From Albugo candida (Eukaryota): a stretch of DNA of 48,175 nucleotides. This document shows, piece after piece, positions 1-12,068 of the stretch. A model generated the notes under the pieces. It saw only the letters and a program-made list of their open reading frames with translations, had not been told where the DNA came from and made no database searches. The stretch spans positions 310,001-358,175 of the forward strand of contig JBDOQK010000037.1 in the NCBI GenBank assembly GCA_040437565.1. Reading direction: 5' to 3'. Position numbers and translations under genes: made by a program. Within the stretch, counting starts at the first letter, position 1, and every line of letters starts with the position of its first letter.

Positions 1-385
1 TGTGATAAAAATGTCGACCGCACCGATCAAAAGCTCAGACCTCAAGCAAGTTGACACATTATTTGCGACGGGATCGGGTCGCAAGGTTGTGATCTCTGCC
101 GAGAGTTTGGAAAGATCTCGTGCAAAGATAAAAAAGGATGTGATAAAAATGTCGACCGCACCGATCAAAAGCTCAGACCTCAAGCAAGTTGACACATTAT
201 TTGCGACGGGATCGGGTCGCAAGGTTGTGATCTCTGCCGAGAGCATAGCAAGATCATGTGCAAAGAGGGAAAATGATGCGAAAGAAACGGCTTGTGCAGT
301 AATGGAAAAGTCAGTGTGCACCCAAGTTAACACGCTATTTTCAACCGGATCGGGTCGAAAGGTTGTCGTGTCTGCTGAAAGACTG
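1..385 (+). repeat. Tandem BRC repeat array, 138-bp (46-aa) unit, plus a diverged third copy
   Basis: tgtgataaaaatgtcgaccg starts at 1 and again at 139, with the first ~105 nt identical; third copy VNTLFSTGSGRKVVVSAERL at about 325-385. Confidence 0.9.
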
Positions 386-3300
386 GACAGCTCTTGTCTC
401 GAATTTAGTTCGTTTGTAGAAACGCCAAGCAAGAAGCTAAGCAATGCAGATGCACTGGTTACGCAAACAGCGACCGAAAGGTCTACTGAAAATGTATCAC
501 TGAATGAGGATACGCTTACCACCGATAGGGTGCAGAAAGCGAGAGATTCTCGCCTGGTGGTCCAAGTACTCGATGACTCCAAGGTGCCAGGAGACGTCTC
601 TATCAGCAGCACGCGCGAGAAAGTTCAATGCCATAAAGTCTACGATTATCGGACACCGCACAAAAGTGGCTCATACATCGACACAATTAGTCCGACGGAT
701 CGTAAAATTGATTTCATTCAGCCAACAGAGCAGCAGAAGGAGAATATTGTACCACACGCACCAGCCACACCTCAAACGAGATTTAGACTCAAACGGCCAT
801 CCGAATGCAAAAACGGCAATTCCAGTGAGTGGAAGAAACACAGTAAACGTTTTAAAGCTCCAACACAGCAAAAGGGCCAATTTGCCACAAAACCTGCATG
901 CACAGCGGTCACAAGTCAGAAGCCAAAGCCGATTAACAAACAAATGAAGCTCTCAGAGCTCCCGTATCGCATCCAACGCAAGTACAGCTTGCAGAAGCTA
1001 TCCCTACAAACTTCCACTTCACCGTCCATGTCACAATCTGCTTCCTCATCTTCTCAACGCATTCGACTTTTACGCTGTGTGACAGCACATACAAGCATCA
1101 ACGTCGTCTTCAAAGGTTGCGATATCGAATCTGAAGATAGCTGTATCTTTCACACTCGCAGAAGCTGGACTGATGTGTACGAGACAACTGAGGTTATGGG
1201 TCCAAAGGAAATCTTCCAGCTAATGACAGAAAAGGGATGGCTACTAGACACTGTCGACCTCTACAAATGGTTTTGCAATCAATATCGATGGATCGTATTT
1301 CTGTGCGCACAAATGGAACTTACGTACTCTCAACATTTATGTGGAAAGTATCTAACGCTATTGCAGATCATCTTCCAAGTACATCAACGATATAAACGCG
1401 AAGTGTACAATTGCCAACGTCCAATTATCAGGAAGATACTCAATGGCGACGCAAGTCCATCCAACTGTCTCGTTCTATTGGTAGCAGCGGTTCTCCCAGG
1501 TGGAGATCGTGATGTTGAAAAGCCAAAAGGTGACGCGGGAGCATGTGGCGAAAAGCTTACACTTGTATTAACGGATGGATGGTACGCTGTTTATGGTATT
1601 CCAGATGAGTTACTGGAAGTACGCCTCCGAAGATTACATCAGAAAGCACATTTGGTGGGCAAGAAGATCATTATGTGGAATGCAGAATTGCAGTGTAGTG
1701 GGGAGGGCATCGAACCTCTCGAGAATGAATTGCATCAAACGAGTTCGACTTGGAAAAGTCCATTTGTAATGGATGGATTGACGTCTGAGAACAAGAAACC
1801 TTTTTACATTCTTCGATACAATAGCACGCGACTTGGTGCTTATGATCTCCCTCTTGGGCTAGAACGCTCAAGTTCACGTGATGAGAAAGCGACACACAAA
1901 ATGAAGATCTCACGCTGGCTGCTTAGCAGTGTACCGCTACAAAGTCTTCAGGTTGGAGGTGGTATTGTACGCTCCATTCGATTATACGTTACGCGTGTAT
2001 CTCCATTGCTGCATATGCAAGCAATAGAAGGTGCCATCGGGCCAAGGGTGTTGACAGACTGTCAACTCGGTCCGTTCCAAGAGATCTTTTGCGAGTTAAG
2101 TCAGCTCGAGGAGGTGCAGATGGAGTCAATGACTCTTCCAACTCCGTTTATCCAATTACGTGCTGTTTGTTCTCATTTTACGCGTCACAAGGGGCAACCC
2201 TCAGACTGGATGGCGTCTTTGAATATATGGCGACCAACTGGAGAAATGCTGCAGAAAGTCGTTGAAGGAAGAGAATATTTCGTCACCAATGTTGCAGTAA
2301 ACTGGAAGAGCACAACCAGTTCTCGCGATAAAGGTTTCTTAAAGCTCAGTGCGACCAAGCGCTCGACCTTTGAGATCATTGCCGAAAACGAAGAGAATAC
2401 TCGCACGTATTCTTCACAAACTTGCAAATTGATCAGAGATCTCAAGATCCCAGACTCGACGACTATAAACGCTCTGCTTGCGAACGTATGCGTTGTGGTC
2501 CTAGTCGTATCCGAACCCGTGGAAGAGAGCATCAAAATTGTGAAAGGCGGACTTGTTCAAACAACGTATACACAGCATATCTTCGTGGCAGACTCAAGCT
2601 GTGAAATTGCAAGTGTGAGGGTATCTTCAACCTCCGTCACGATGGGATCCAAATCTGCTTCAAAGGATGCCAAACCTCGATGCAGATTATCCTCCACGCA
2701 ATGGTTCCGACGAGCCCGAAATTGCTGGCAAGAGGGAAAAGTCATCTCCATCAAAGGCCTACAAATCTCTCATCGTGACAAACAGCTTCAAATTCTGGAT
2801 TGCAAAGTTTGTGATTTTACGGAAGTATGCACGAATCTAACATCTCCGTCCTCGCTCTACCGACAAATGGAAAGACTCAAATCACTTGTGAGTACGGACA
2901 ATAGACGTGGGCGATTGTTTCGGATACAATTGGCCCGAATGAAGCAGTACATAGAGCAAGCGGTACTCCACACCAAAGTGAGAATCACTTCCGATATCAT
3001 CGATCGAGCAAAAGTGCTTCAAGTGCGAGTTTTGAAGCTATGCAAGTATCGTCCACCTGTTGAAGATCAATTGAAGCAGGATTTCTATGGCTGTGCGTAT
3101 GTGCTGCCTTTAAACGGCGACGAAATGGCTTCATCGATTACATTGCTTTATTTCAACGAGTCACAGCTGACGGAACTATCAGCGATCACTGGTGAATGCA
3201 AACGATTGGAACGACCGGAACGAAGCGATTTTGACGCATTGTTCCAAAAAGTGCGTCAAATGGAANNNNNNNNNNNNNNNNNNNNNNNNNNNNNNNNNNN

Positions 3301-3788
3301 NNNNNNNNNNNNNNNNNNNNNNNNNNNNNNNNNNNNNNNNNNNNNNNNNNNNNNNNNNNNNNNNNTGTGCGTATGTGCTGCCTTTAAACGGCGACGAAAT
3401 GGCTTCATCGATTACATTGCTTTATTTCAACGAGTCACAGCTGACGGAACTATCAGCGATCACTGGTGAATGCAAACGATTGGAACGACCGGAACGAAGC
3501 GATTTTGACGCATTGTTCCAAAAAGTGCGTCAAATGGAAGGAGATATCCGACTTATAGTCAGCGTGCATACGCGACCATACCTTCAAAAGGAATGCAGGC
3601 TGTTCCCATGGCAACGCGATCTCGTCATCAATGTCGTATACAAATTGTTTTGGGCGCATTTTCTCGATTTCGAGCACGTGGATGAAGCAAAGACGGTTCA
3701 ACTTGCGCAGTGTTCTATCAAAGCGAACAGTAGTCGAAGGACGCATTCCTCAGAGTTGCCGTCTGGAAGGCATATGACTGCCGCCTGA
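2..3788 (+). CDS. BRCA2: BRCA2 homologue (5' end outside the window; the gap at 3266-3365 is an unmerged overlap)
   Basis: Three BRC-like repeats (LF[AS]TGSGRKVV[IV]SAE). Helical domain WFCNQYRWIVFLCAQME and RYKREVYNCQRPIIRKILNGD, plus the OB1 motif LTDGWYAV. Sequence 3092-3265 is repeated after the gap; collapsing it gives one frame ending at TGA 3788. Confidence 0.93.
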
Positions 3789-4318
3789 AAGGCATAGGAG
3801 AAGCCCATAACGAGTCTATTCGACATAATAAATGTATCGACAGTGAAAACTATGAATTACAAGCAGACGGAATAGCTATCGATCGGATTGATAGCGTGAT
3901 ATTCNNNNNNNNNNNNNNNNNNNNNNNNNNNNNNNNNNNNNNNNNNNNNNNNNNNNNNNNNNNNNNNNNNNNNNNNNNNNNNNNNNNNNNNNNNNNNNNN
4001 NNNNAGCAAAGACGGTTCAACTTGCGCAGTGTTCTATCAAAGCGAACAGTAGTCGAAGGACGCATTCCTCCGAGTTGCCGTCTGGAAGGCATATGACTGC
4101 CGCCTGAAAGGCATAGGAGAAGCCCATAACGAGTCTATTCGACATAATAAATGTATCGACAGTGAAAACTATGAATTACAAGCAGACGGAATAGCTATCG
4201 ATCGGATTGATAGCGTGATATTCCGATACAAAATGCATTAGCACTTTACTGCTTTGAAAATGACACATCGTATCGCTCCTAAACGCTGTTTCAGTTTATC
4301 GGTTTTATACCGCACGAA

Positions 4319-5478
4319 ATGGCCTTCCAGCGCATCACACAATTGCAGCGGGTTCTGCATACTCCAAGTGGAATCCTACCGCAATTAAAGAGAGTGTACA
4401 GTGTATCGAAGCTTGTGTCTGGCTCATGTGCACTTCCTCATCCTCAAAAGCAAGCAACAGGCGGCGAAGACGCTCATTTTCTATCGAATACTGTGGTCGG
4501 TGTCGCCGACGGTGTCGGAGGTTGGGCTCGCAAAGTACGTACTTGAATCAGTGTATCTCTTCATCGACTGCATTCTACGTCAAAGGGAATCGATGCAGGT
4601 GAATATGCACGCAGTCTGATGAAACTGATTCATCAAACTATCGACTCGATACCAAAAGAAGCCGAGAAAAGACCTTCTCCATTACAACTTCTCTCTTTCG
4701 CACATAAGAGAGTAAAAGTAAAAGCATCGCATGCTGCACACAAGTATACGTATAATCGGTTCTATCCCGCAGAGTATGGGCAGCTCAACGGCGTGTATTG
4801 TGCAGCTTGACGGCATGAATTACTCACTACCAAAAGTTGATGTGATGACTCATTGTCTATGCATTATGAAGGAAATCTATTGCGAGCAGCGAATTTAGGA
4901 GACTCGGGCTTCATTGTATGTCGACAAAAGAGTCAAAAGGGACAATTGACCGCGACTTTAGCTCCAAAGTGGGAACTTGTGTATGAGTCAAAGCACCAGT
5001 CACATTCCTTCAACTGTCCTTATCAACTCGGCCATCTGAATGGCGATTGGGTACGCATCGAATTCCGTGGTTTGAAAAGAGCTCACTGATCGACCATGCA
5101 GCCGGAAATGAGCGATCAGATCGAATTCAGCGTCCAAGCAGAGGATGTGATCATTCTCGGAACAGATGGATTGTACGTTTCCTTCTCAGAACGAATTCAG
5201 TACTTTTCTCATCGGTTCTTGTCAGATTCGACAATATGTATCCATCACAGATAGCAAGCGTACTGGATGCACTGGAGCCTCAGTTTCTATGTGAGCCGCA
5301 GCTGGCGGAAATGGCTGCAAATTGCATCGCTCATGAGGCACATCAAATCGCCAATGATAAGAAATGTCACACTCCCTTCGCAATAGCCGCACGAAAAGCA
5401 GGATATACCTACAATGGTGGAAAGATGGATGATATCACAGTTGTCATCAGTATCGTTGCCACTTCTCAGTCGCCCTAA
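4319..5478 (+). CDS. PTC7: Protein phosphatase 2C, PTC7 family (6 exons)
   Basis: Motifs GEDAHF, VGVADGVGGW, GIDAGEYAR, GSSTACI, ANLGDSGF, FNCPYQL, TDGLFDN and GGKMDDITVV. Inferred introns 4535-4585, 4718-4772, 4813-4871 (GC-AG), 5051-5101 and 5173-5225 join them in one frame. Confidence 0.92.
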
Positions 5479-5753
5479 TTGATGTAATTGCGACCACGCG
5501 GCCTTTTTCGGCAATGTGTCTCCTTAGCGACGTTCTTGTTACTGTATTCTATAAAGTGGGTTGCTACTTGATTTATGACGCGCACACACAAGTCGGCATT
5601 ATAATAAATCAGGTAGCGCAGGGTAGCGATCCAACTGTCATCGCTACTTTGTAGTACCCATCCTCGCAATCGCTGCACGTAACGTTGCGCTCCGCAAAGA
5701 ATTGAGCTCAACAGACCGAGGGAAAAGGTGCTTGCGAGCAAAAACAGTCGCAT
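5475..5753 (-). CDS. Candidate small secreted protein (92 aa)
   Basis: ATG-initiated ORF with a signal-peptide-like N-terminus MRLFLLASTFSLGLLSSILCG; no recognisable homology. Confidence 0.4.
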   Translation of the reverse strand: MRLFLLASTFSLGLLSSILCGAQRYVQRLRGWVLQSSDDSWIATLRYLIYYNADLCVRVINQVATHFIEYSNKNVAKETHCRKRPRGRNYIN

Positions 5754-6171
5754 GTAGTGGATTTGAATCTTCTTTATTTGCGCAAAACTTGATGTAGCAA
5801 TTCGACTATCTCATTGAACATGTCGTTCGATCGCTACTTACTTTCGAGGCCAAATTCTGTCACCAGCAGCTTTTATTACCAACTGGACCGCGCTCAATTA
5901 GTCAGCGCTGCTCAAATATCGGGTTCTCTCGCCATTCCTTTACATTTACGCTTAGTTTTGCTAACGTTACTTTGATGAAAACACGTTTCTTGTAGGGATT
6001 TTTGCGCGCTTCAAAGTACGAATTGTATTGATACATTCTGAACGAGAAAACTCGTATTCGAAAGCCAGACCTAAGACTTAATTTTGGTATAAGCTTACAA
6101 ACTCTCTCCCAAATTTCAGCAAGTTCTCGCGATCTGGGCGGTGTAAACGGATCATACGCGTCACAGTACTA

Positions 6172-6186
6172 ATCATTCGCATTGTC
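6172..6186 (+). promoter_or_regulatory. Oomycete Inr/FPR-like core promoter element
   Basis: atcattcgcattgtc directly before ATG 6187 resembles the oomycete consensus GCTCATTYYNCAWTTT. Confidence 0.4.
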
Positions 6187-7281
6187 ATGACTCACTGGTA
6201 CTCATCGGCTGCTTTTGTCGTTTTATGGCTGAATGCGTCGAGTGCACAAGAGCGCACAAGTCTTGTAAGCTGCCCTGAAACATGGTATCCTGTCAGTGTC
6301 TCGGGTGATTGGCAAATATATTGTATACCCATTTTGCCTTGCGGTGGAAATATCGGAGTTGCAAGCGTAGGAAGCTGTCCTGGAGGGACAGGTTGTGCTG
6401 CTTTACCCCAGAATCCGCTAGTGATGGGCTGCGTCGCATTGGGGAAAGCTGGTGTGCAGTATTTAGATCGGACGATATTGTTTTCCCCACCAGTTCCATT
6501 CACTTTGGCGATTCCAATGCAAGGACCACCACTAAATCTGGGACCTCCAAGTATAAATAATGGCGTTACCGGCACACCGAGAAGCACTGGTATGTTAGTT
6601 CCGACGGTAGGACCGAGTTCAGCCGGAGCTTCACCAAACGGAATTCCTCTAGGAGGCCCAACACTGTCCAGTCGGGCCGGACTAAGTCCTGGAAATATTG
6701 TCATAAATCCCAACATGCAGACTTCCAGTAATCCATTCAATCCTGCGACTAATCCTGCCAGTGTTCAAGGCAAATCAGCAACGGGAATTCGAACGACTGG
6801 AAATGGAGGCAATACAGCCACAAACATTGTAAATCAACCAGTCGGGCGAAATGGGAATTCTTTGGGCAATACAAACTCTTTGCTTGGAAATAATGGCAAT
6901 CCTACAAGAGGCAATCCAACTTTTGGTGCGAACACTCCGACCACAGACGCAAATACGAACGTGATGCCATCTTCGAATTCTCCCGGCTTTGGTGATGACA
7001 ACAGTGTCAATAACAATGGGACTACAGGCGACAAAGTGACAGATGAGCAACGTCACCATCCGAGTGACGTGGTAGGACCAACGACACAAAATTCTGCGAA
7101 TTCGAGGCTCTCATTAGGTGCTATCATTGCTATCGTACTGGGAATTCTGGCTGTCATCGCCGTTATTGCAGGTGTCATTCTCCTCAAGAAGAACAAATTA
7201 AATGCAGCGGCTCAGCGAGAGCAGGAAGCATCGATAGGAAGTAGCTACCTGACACCAAGAGAACGGGTTTTGTTATTATAA
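6187..7281 (+). CDS. Type I membrane / cell-surface protein with Cys-rich N-terminal domain and mucin-like stalk
   Basis: Signal peptide, a six-Cys module (CPETWYPVSV...C...PCGG...CPGGTGC...C), a P/G/N/T/S-rich linker, TM helix LGAIIAIVLGILAVIAVIAGVILL followed by KKNK, and a short cytoplasmic tail. Confidence 0.85.
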   Translation: MTHWYSSAAFVVLWLNASSAQERTSLVSCPETWYPVSVSGDWQIYCIPILPCGGNIGVASVGSCPGGTGCAALPQNPLVMGCVALGKAGVQYLDRTILFSPPVPFTLAIPMQGPPLNLGPPSINNGVTGTPRSTGMLVPTVGPSSAGASPNGIPLGGPTLSSRAGLSPGNIVINPNMQTSSNPFNPATNPASVQGKSATGIRTTGNGGNTATNIVNQPVGRNGNSLGNTNSLLGNNGNPTRGNPTFGANTPTTDANTNVMPSSNSPGFGDDNSVNNNGTTGDKVTDEQRHHPSDVVGPTTQNSANSRLSLGAIIAIVLGILAVIAVIAGVILLKKNKLNAAAQREQEASIGSSYLTPRERVLLL

Positions 7282-7676
7282 CGCGGCGTTTTTCATGATT
7301 TATCATATTCAGATCATTAATAGAGAAAATCGATACTTTGGACACATTCTATGAGATCGCAAACTCCACACACTTGCATTCTCATTTTCTAGTCCAAAGC
7401 AGGTCCGAGACGATCCAAAACAGAACGTTTCTTTGCCTGAATACGATCTCCACGAGATTTCAAAGTCCGAGACTCTTCTCGTCGTCGACTTGGGGTTTTC
7501 TTCCGATCTTTCTCATCTTCATATTCGATATGTCGCTTTCCGCTGTTATTNNNNNNNNNNNNNNNNNNNNNNNNNNNNNNNNNNNNNNNNNNNNNNNNNN
7601 NNNNNNNNNNNNNNNNNNNNNNNNNNNNNNNNNNNNNNNNNNNNNNNNNNACTCCACACACTTGCATTCTCATTTT

Positions 7677-10600
7677 CTAGTCCAAAGCAGGTCCGAGACG
7701 ATCCAAAACAGAACGTTTCTTTGCCTGAATACGATCTCCACGAGATTTCAAAGTCCGAGACTCTTCTCGTCGTCGACTTGGGGTTTTCTTCCGATCTTTC
7801 TCATCTTCATATTCGATATGTCGCTTTCCGCTGTTATTGGGACGAGTAGAAGGTTGATTTCGTACGCGACGTGAGCCTTCGTCACGCTCCCACTGAGGCT
7901 TGCGTTTGGATGTAGATCCTGTAGAGGATGTTTTTTTCCCTTGTGTGTCGTCCGCCTTTTCTTGCCCTCGACGACGCTTCCCTTTGCCTTGTTCTATGCC
8001 TTCCGCCACATCACGCCCATGTTTTGTTTCTTTTCGTTTACGTTTGTCTCCATCTCGAATTCGACTTTGAGATTTGACGGGAGAATGCTCCTTTTCGTCA
8101 CGATGTCTCTCACGAGTTTTTCCCCGTTCTTGTTCTCGTTCTCGTTCTCGTTGACGGTCTCGGCTGCTTTCTCTTCCTCGATGCTCACGACCATGAGACG
8201 TGGAATGAGTGCTACTTTTCACGCTCTTTTTCTCACTGTGTTCCACTCTGCTTTCGCCTCGTGTGGTCCGACGAGATCTTGAAGGGGAGCTTCTACGGGA
8301 GCTTGTAGAATGATGCCTCTTGTGTCCACTTGATTGAGAAAAATGTCTCGACGTACTGGAGCGATGTGAACGATTACTCGATATTCGTTTCACGGGGCTG
8401 CGCTTCTCTCGAGATCTGCTCTTACGCGTTCGACCGGATGCACCTTGTGATGCTTTATCCTGCTCTTTCACGTGCACTTCGTCAACGTCATCAATCATTT
8501 CATCGTTCAGAAAGTCTAGATCAATTGCTGGAGCTCCAATCTGATCAATTTTGATATCCTTTGAACTCTCTTCGACTTGTTTACTGCTTTTCGTTTCGTC
8601 TCTTTCTTTCTCTTTCTTCCCCAAACTAACCGATCGCTCTTTGGAGCGACTTTTTCTCTCTTTCCCACTTCGTTTATCGACTGAACCATTACGACTTGCA
8701 GATCGACGCGTACAAGGTGAATGGTGTTTTGAATCATCACCGGAGCGTATTCTGCTACGGGAATAGTTTCGACTTCGACTTCGACTTGGGCTATCGCGAC
8801 TATACTTTGATTTTCGAGATCCATCTCCACGGCCCTGGTTACGATTTTGGCTTCTTCCTCGTCGAAATGTACGATTTGATCGATTCATTTTCCCACGAGT
8901 TCTCGACCGACCGCGTTCTCTGCCATTTTCGTTCACATTCGGACTATAATGCGAAGTATTTCCAGCAAAATGATCTTTTGAATGAGATCGTCCGTTTGAT
9001 TCGCTTTTATTTCCGTTCTGTGAGCCGGTCTGATCCCTCCCTTGGAACTGGGAATCACCACGCCCCGCACCATTTCCGTATGGAGGTTTAGTACCATCAA
9101 ACCAAGGAGGTGGTGGACCAAAGTAATCAGGAGGACCAACATGGGGTGCGAAACAATCTGGTGCTCCATAAAAGCCTCCANNNNNNNNNNNNNNNNNNNN
9201 NNNNNNNNNNNNNNNNNNNNNNNNNNNNNNNNNNNNNNNNNNNNNNNNNNNNNNNNNNNNNNNNNNNNNNNNNNNNNNNNTATTTCCAGCAAAATGATCT
9301 TTTGAATGAGATCGTCCGTTTGATTCGCTTTTATTTCCGTTCTGTGAGCCGGTCTGATCCCTCCCTTGGAACTGGGAATCACCACGCCCCGCACCATTTC
9401 CGTATGGAGGTTTAGTACCATCAAACCAAGGAGGTGGTGGACCAAAGTAATCAGGAGGACCAACATGGGGTGCGAAACAATCTGGTGCTCCATAAAAGCC
9501 TCCATGAAGTGGAGGATAGCCACGTCCTCGTCCACCTTTCATCGCTCGTGGATCCATTGGGCCACCAGGAAAGGGACCGTCATACCAAGGCATACCAGGA
9601 TTGTCAAACCAAGGTCCTGGTGGTCGAGGACCATCAAACCATGTTTCTGGACGCATGTAGCCCATCCCGTTCTGAGAAAGTGGATTCATTCCAGGTCCAT
9701 TCCATGGAATCTGATTCCCCATTGGTGGAACCTGATTCCCAGCAGGAGGTAGCGGTGCTTGCTGCTGCTGTGCTGTAAGAGTACCTTGTTCATTTCCAGT
9801 ACCTAAATTGTTCCCAGGAAACTCTTGAGTCGGAGTGGTGCCTGGAGGCCCGTCCCCTGATGATTTTGTTGCGACGATCCCATTCAGCGACATATCCGGA
9901 CCTGCGATGTTTGGATGAATGATAGACGATGGGACCGATTCTGCGCCCGGTCCAGGAGCGAGAGCAGGAGACATGAGTGTGTTTGCATTAAAAACGCTCG
10001 TTTTTGCTACGGAAGGCTGTAAATTCTTTCCATTATCTTCCTTCTCATCTATGTTTCCGAAAATGTCTCCACCAAACTCATCGTCTTCTTCAAGCTCATC
10101 CTTTCTCCCAGCTTTTTTTATATCCAACACCGCGTCGGCACTCTCTCCTGTTCTTCCTGTAGAGGAAGCTGAGGCCAAGGTTGCTGCTTTCTGTTTTGCC
10201 AAGGCTTTTTGCTCTGCTTCTTTCACCAGTTGCTCCCGCTCCTGTTGCTCTGTTCGAGCGCGGCGTAGAAACTCGTCAACAGATGCTCTCAAGACTTTGT
10301 TTGGCAGTAGCTGGACGCAAATGTACAAAAGAGACCGCTGTAAGCCGATGATACGATATATTCTCAGCCAAATACCTTTTCTGGCGACATATTTGGCGAA
10401 TTGCACAAAACACAGACCAAATTCCGATCGATCAGAGCTGCTCGAAGACATTCGTCGCATGCGGACTACACAGTTAAATCACATTGAGAATCAAGCAAAC
10501 CAAATATCTCTCATTTTCATACCTCGGAGCAGCACGGAATCAATACGGCATCGTTCATTAATCTCTTGCAAATAGGACACGCCAAATGATCAGGAGGACT

Positions 10601-11721
10601 TAAAATCAATTGATCAAGTGTAGCAGATCCACCAGATTTCGCCATTAATTTAGAAAAGTTTTTATTCTGCGGCTCTATTACGGCTAAACCACCCCATGGT
10701 GCATTGACTACAGTCTTACCAGCTCCTACTGGGATGTCACTTGGATCGTTCACCGCCTTCATGAATGATTTTGGTATGCCAGTTTTTTTCTTGACCCGAT
10801 GTTGATCAAACTCAGGATCTCCGTTTGTTGGACAATTTTGTATGTAATGACCAGGAACTCCACATCGATAACAGACATAATTGGTTGGTGGTTTTCCCAT
10901 AATGCCTGCATTTTGACCACTCGCAGGATTTCCCTGAAATCCTAAACGTCCACGAGCATTGACACCTGCAGGTCCAACAGCAACGGAGTTGGATGTCGTT
11001 TCGGACCCTCCTGGTACATTCCCACGCGAGTAAGATCCTCTTACTCCTCCGAGAGGGGCAGCATTCATTCCTCCAGCGACCGGACCGTTGTAGTAATTCG
11101 AAACTCTATCCACATTGCTACCTCGAGAAGCTGTCCATATTTTATTTCCCGGCCGGCTTCCACTTCGAATATCTTCCGCCTGTTCATGTATGTTTTCAAG
11201 TGCTGCTAATTCATCCTCCATAGTTTGTGCACCCGTCCCGTCCACAACACTTGCTTCAGTACAATTCACATCCGACATCTTCCCATCCAAGCTACCAAAG
11301 AAACATTATAAAATAAGAACAAATTATCTTGCAGCAGATGACGGCACCTCGATGGATCATTGGTCTCCACTCCAGGTCCATTACCTAATGTCGGGTTCCC
11401 TGTGTTTGGCACATTAGTTAGGGATTGAGTCGCTTTGGCTGCTGCCGCTTCTGCTTTCATGCGAGCTAAAAGGCCACTTCCGGGATGCATACTCGGAATC
11501 CGTTTCACCGTAACACTCGTATTCCGAGCCAATTGGAGATTCTCGTCTTCATATACCTTTCCATTTTGTGCATCCGTAATCACTAAATCAAAATCGAGCC
11601 CTTTGTTGAGTTTCTTCTTCTCGACAATGGCTTTTTTCAAATCGATCACGCGAATGACTGTGCCCGGGAAATTAACAGTGTCGAAATCTTTGGCTGATTT
11701 GAATTTGAAATGAATTGACAT
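7677..11721 (-). CDS. RBBP6: RBBP6/Mpe1-like E3 ligase (DWNN, zinc knuckle, RING, RS-rich tail), 4 exons
   Basis: DWNN start MSIHFKFKSAK, zinc knuckle YVCYRCGVPGHYIQNCPTNGD, KKKTGIPKSF, and RING CPICKRLMNDAVLIPCCSE/SACDECLR..CVLC. Inferred introns 11347-11292, 10522-10466 and 10375-10311. The gap at 9181-9280 duplicates part of the last exon. Confidence 0.93.
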
Positions 11722-12068
11722 TGTGCTCACAGAAAGCGAAAGAATTTGCAATTTGCCTTTTTACTAAAAGGAAAACAAAATAAACGAAGAAATATCGTTG
11801 CGTGTTATCGCAAAGCTTATAGGATTATGTTTCCGTTGTTGCGTGTAATTCGTTTATTTACAGCGAAATTTCCTTGCCGCTTTCTTAAATTAGATCACTC
11901 GCGCACGAAATGTTCACAGCCAACTTCTTTCTCCTTGTTTCAATTGGATATAAAGGATGTACTGAGGACAGACTATAACTGCTATGTGTTTCTGTTGCAT
12001 ATCTTTTGTGACAGTTAAGTGCATTCAAATTCGCGATTCAAATCCTTGGAAAATACCGCCAAGATTTA

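Noticed and set aside
3092..4223. Apparent tandem duplications in the BRCA2 3' end and downstream
   Set aside because: Each pair flanks a 100-N gap and is identical or differs by one SNP; unmerged contig overlaps.
7363..9500. Duplicated RBBP6 C-terminus and internal Gly/Pro-rich repeat
   Set aside because: Both flank 100-N gaps (7551-7650 and 9181-9280) with matching sequence; assembly artefacts.
9919..10575. Long antisense ORFs opposite RBBP6 and other genes
   Set aside because: Shadow frames of low-complexity coding sequence with no independent protein signal.
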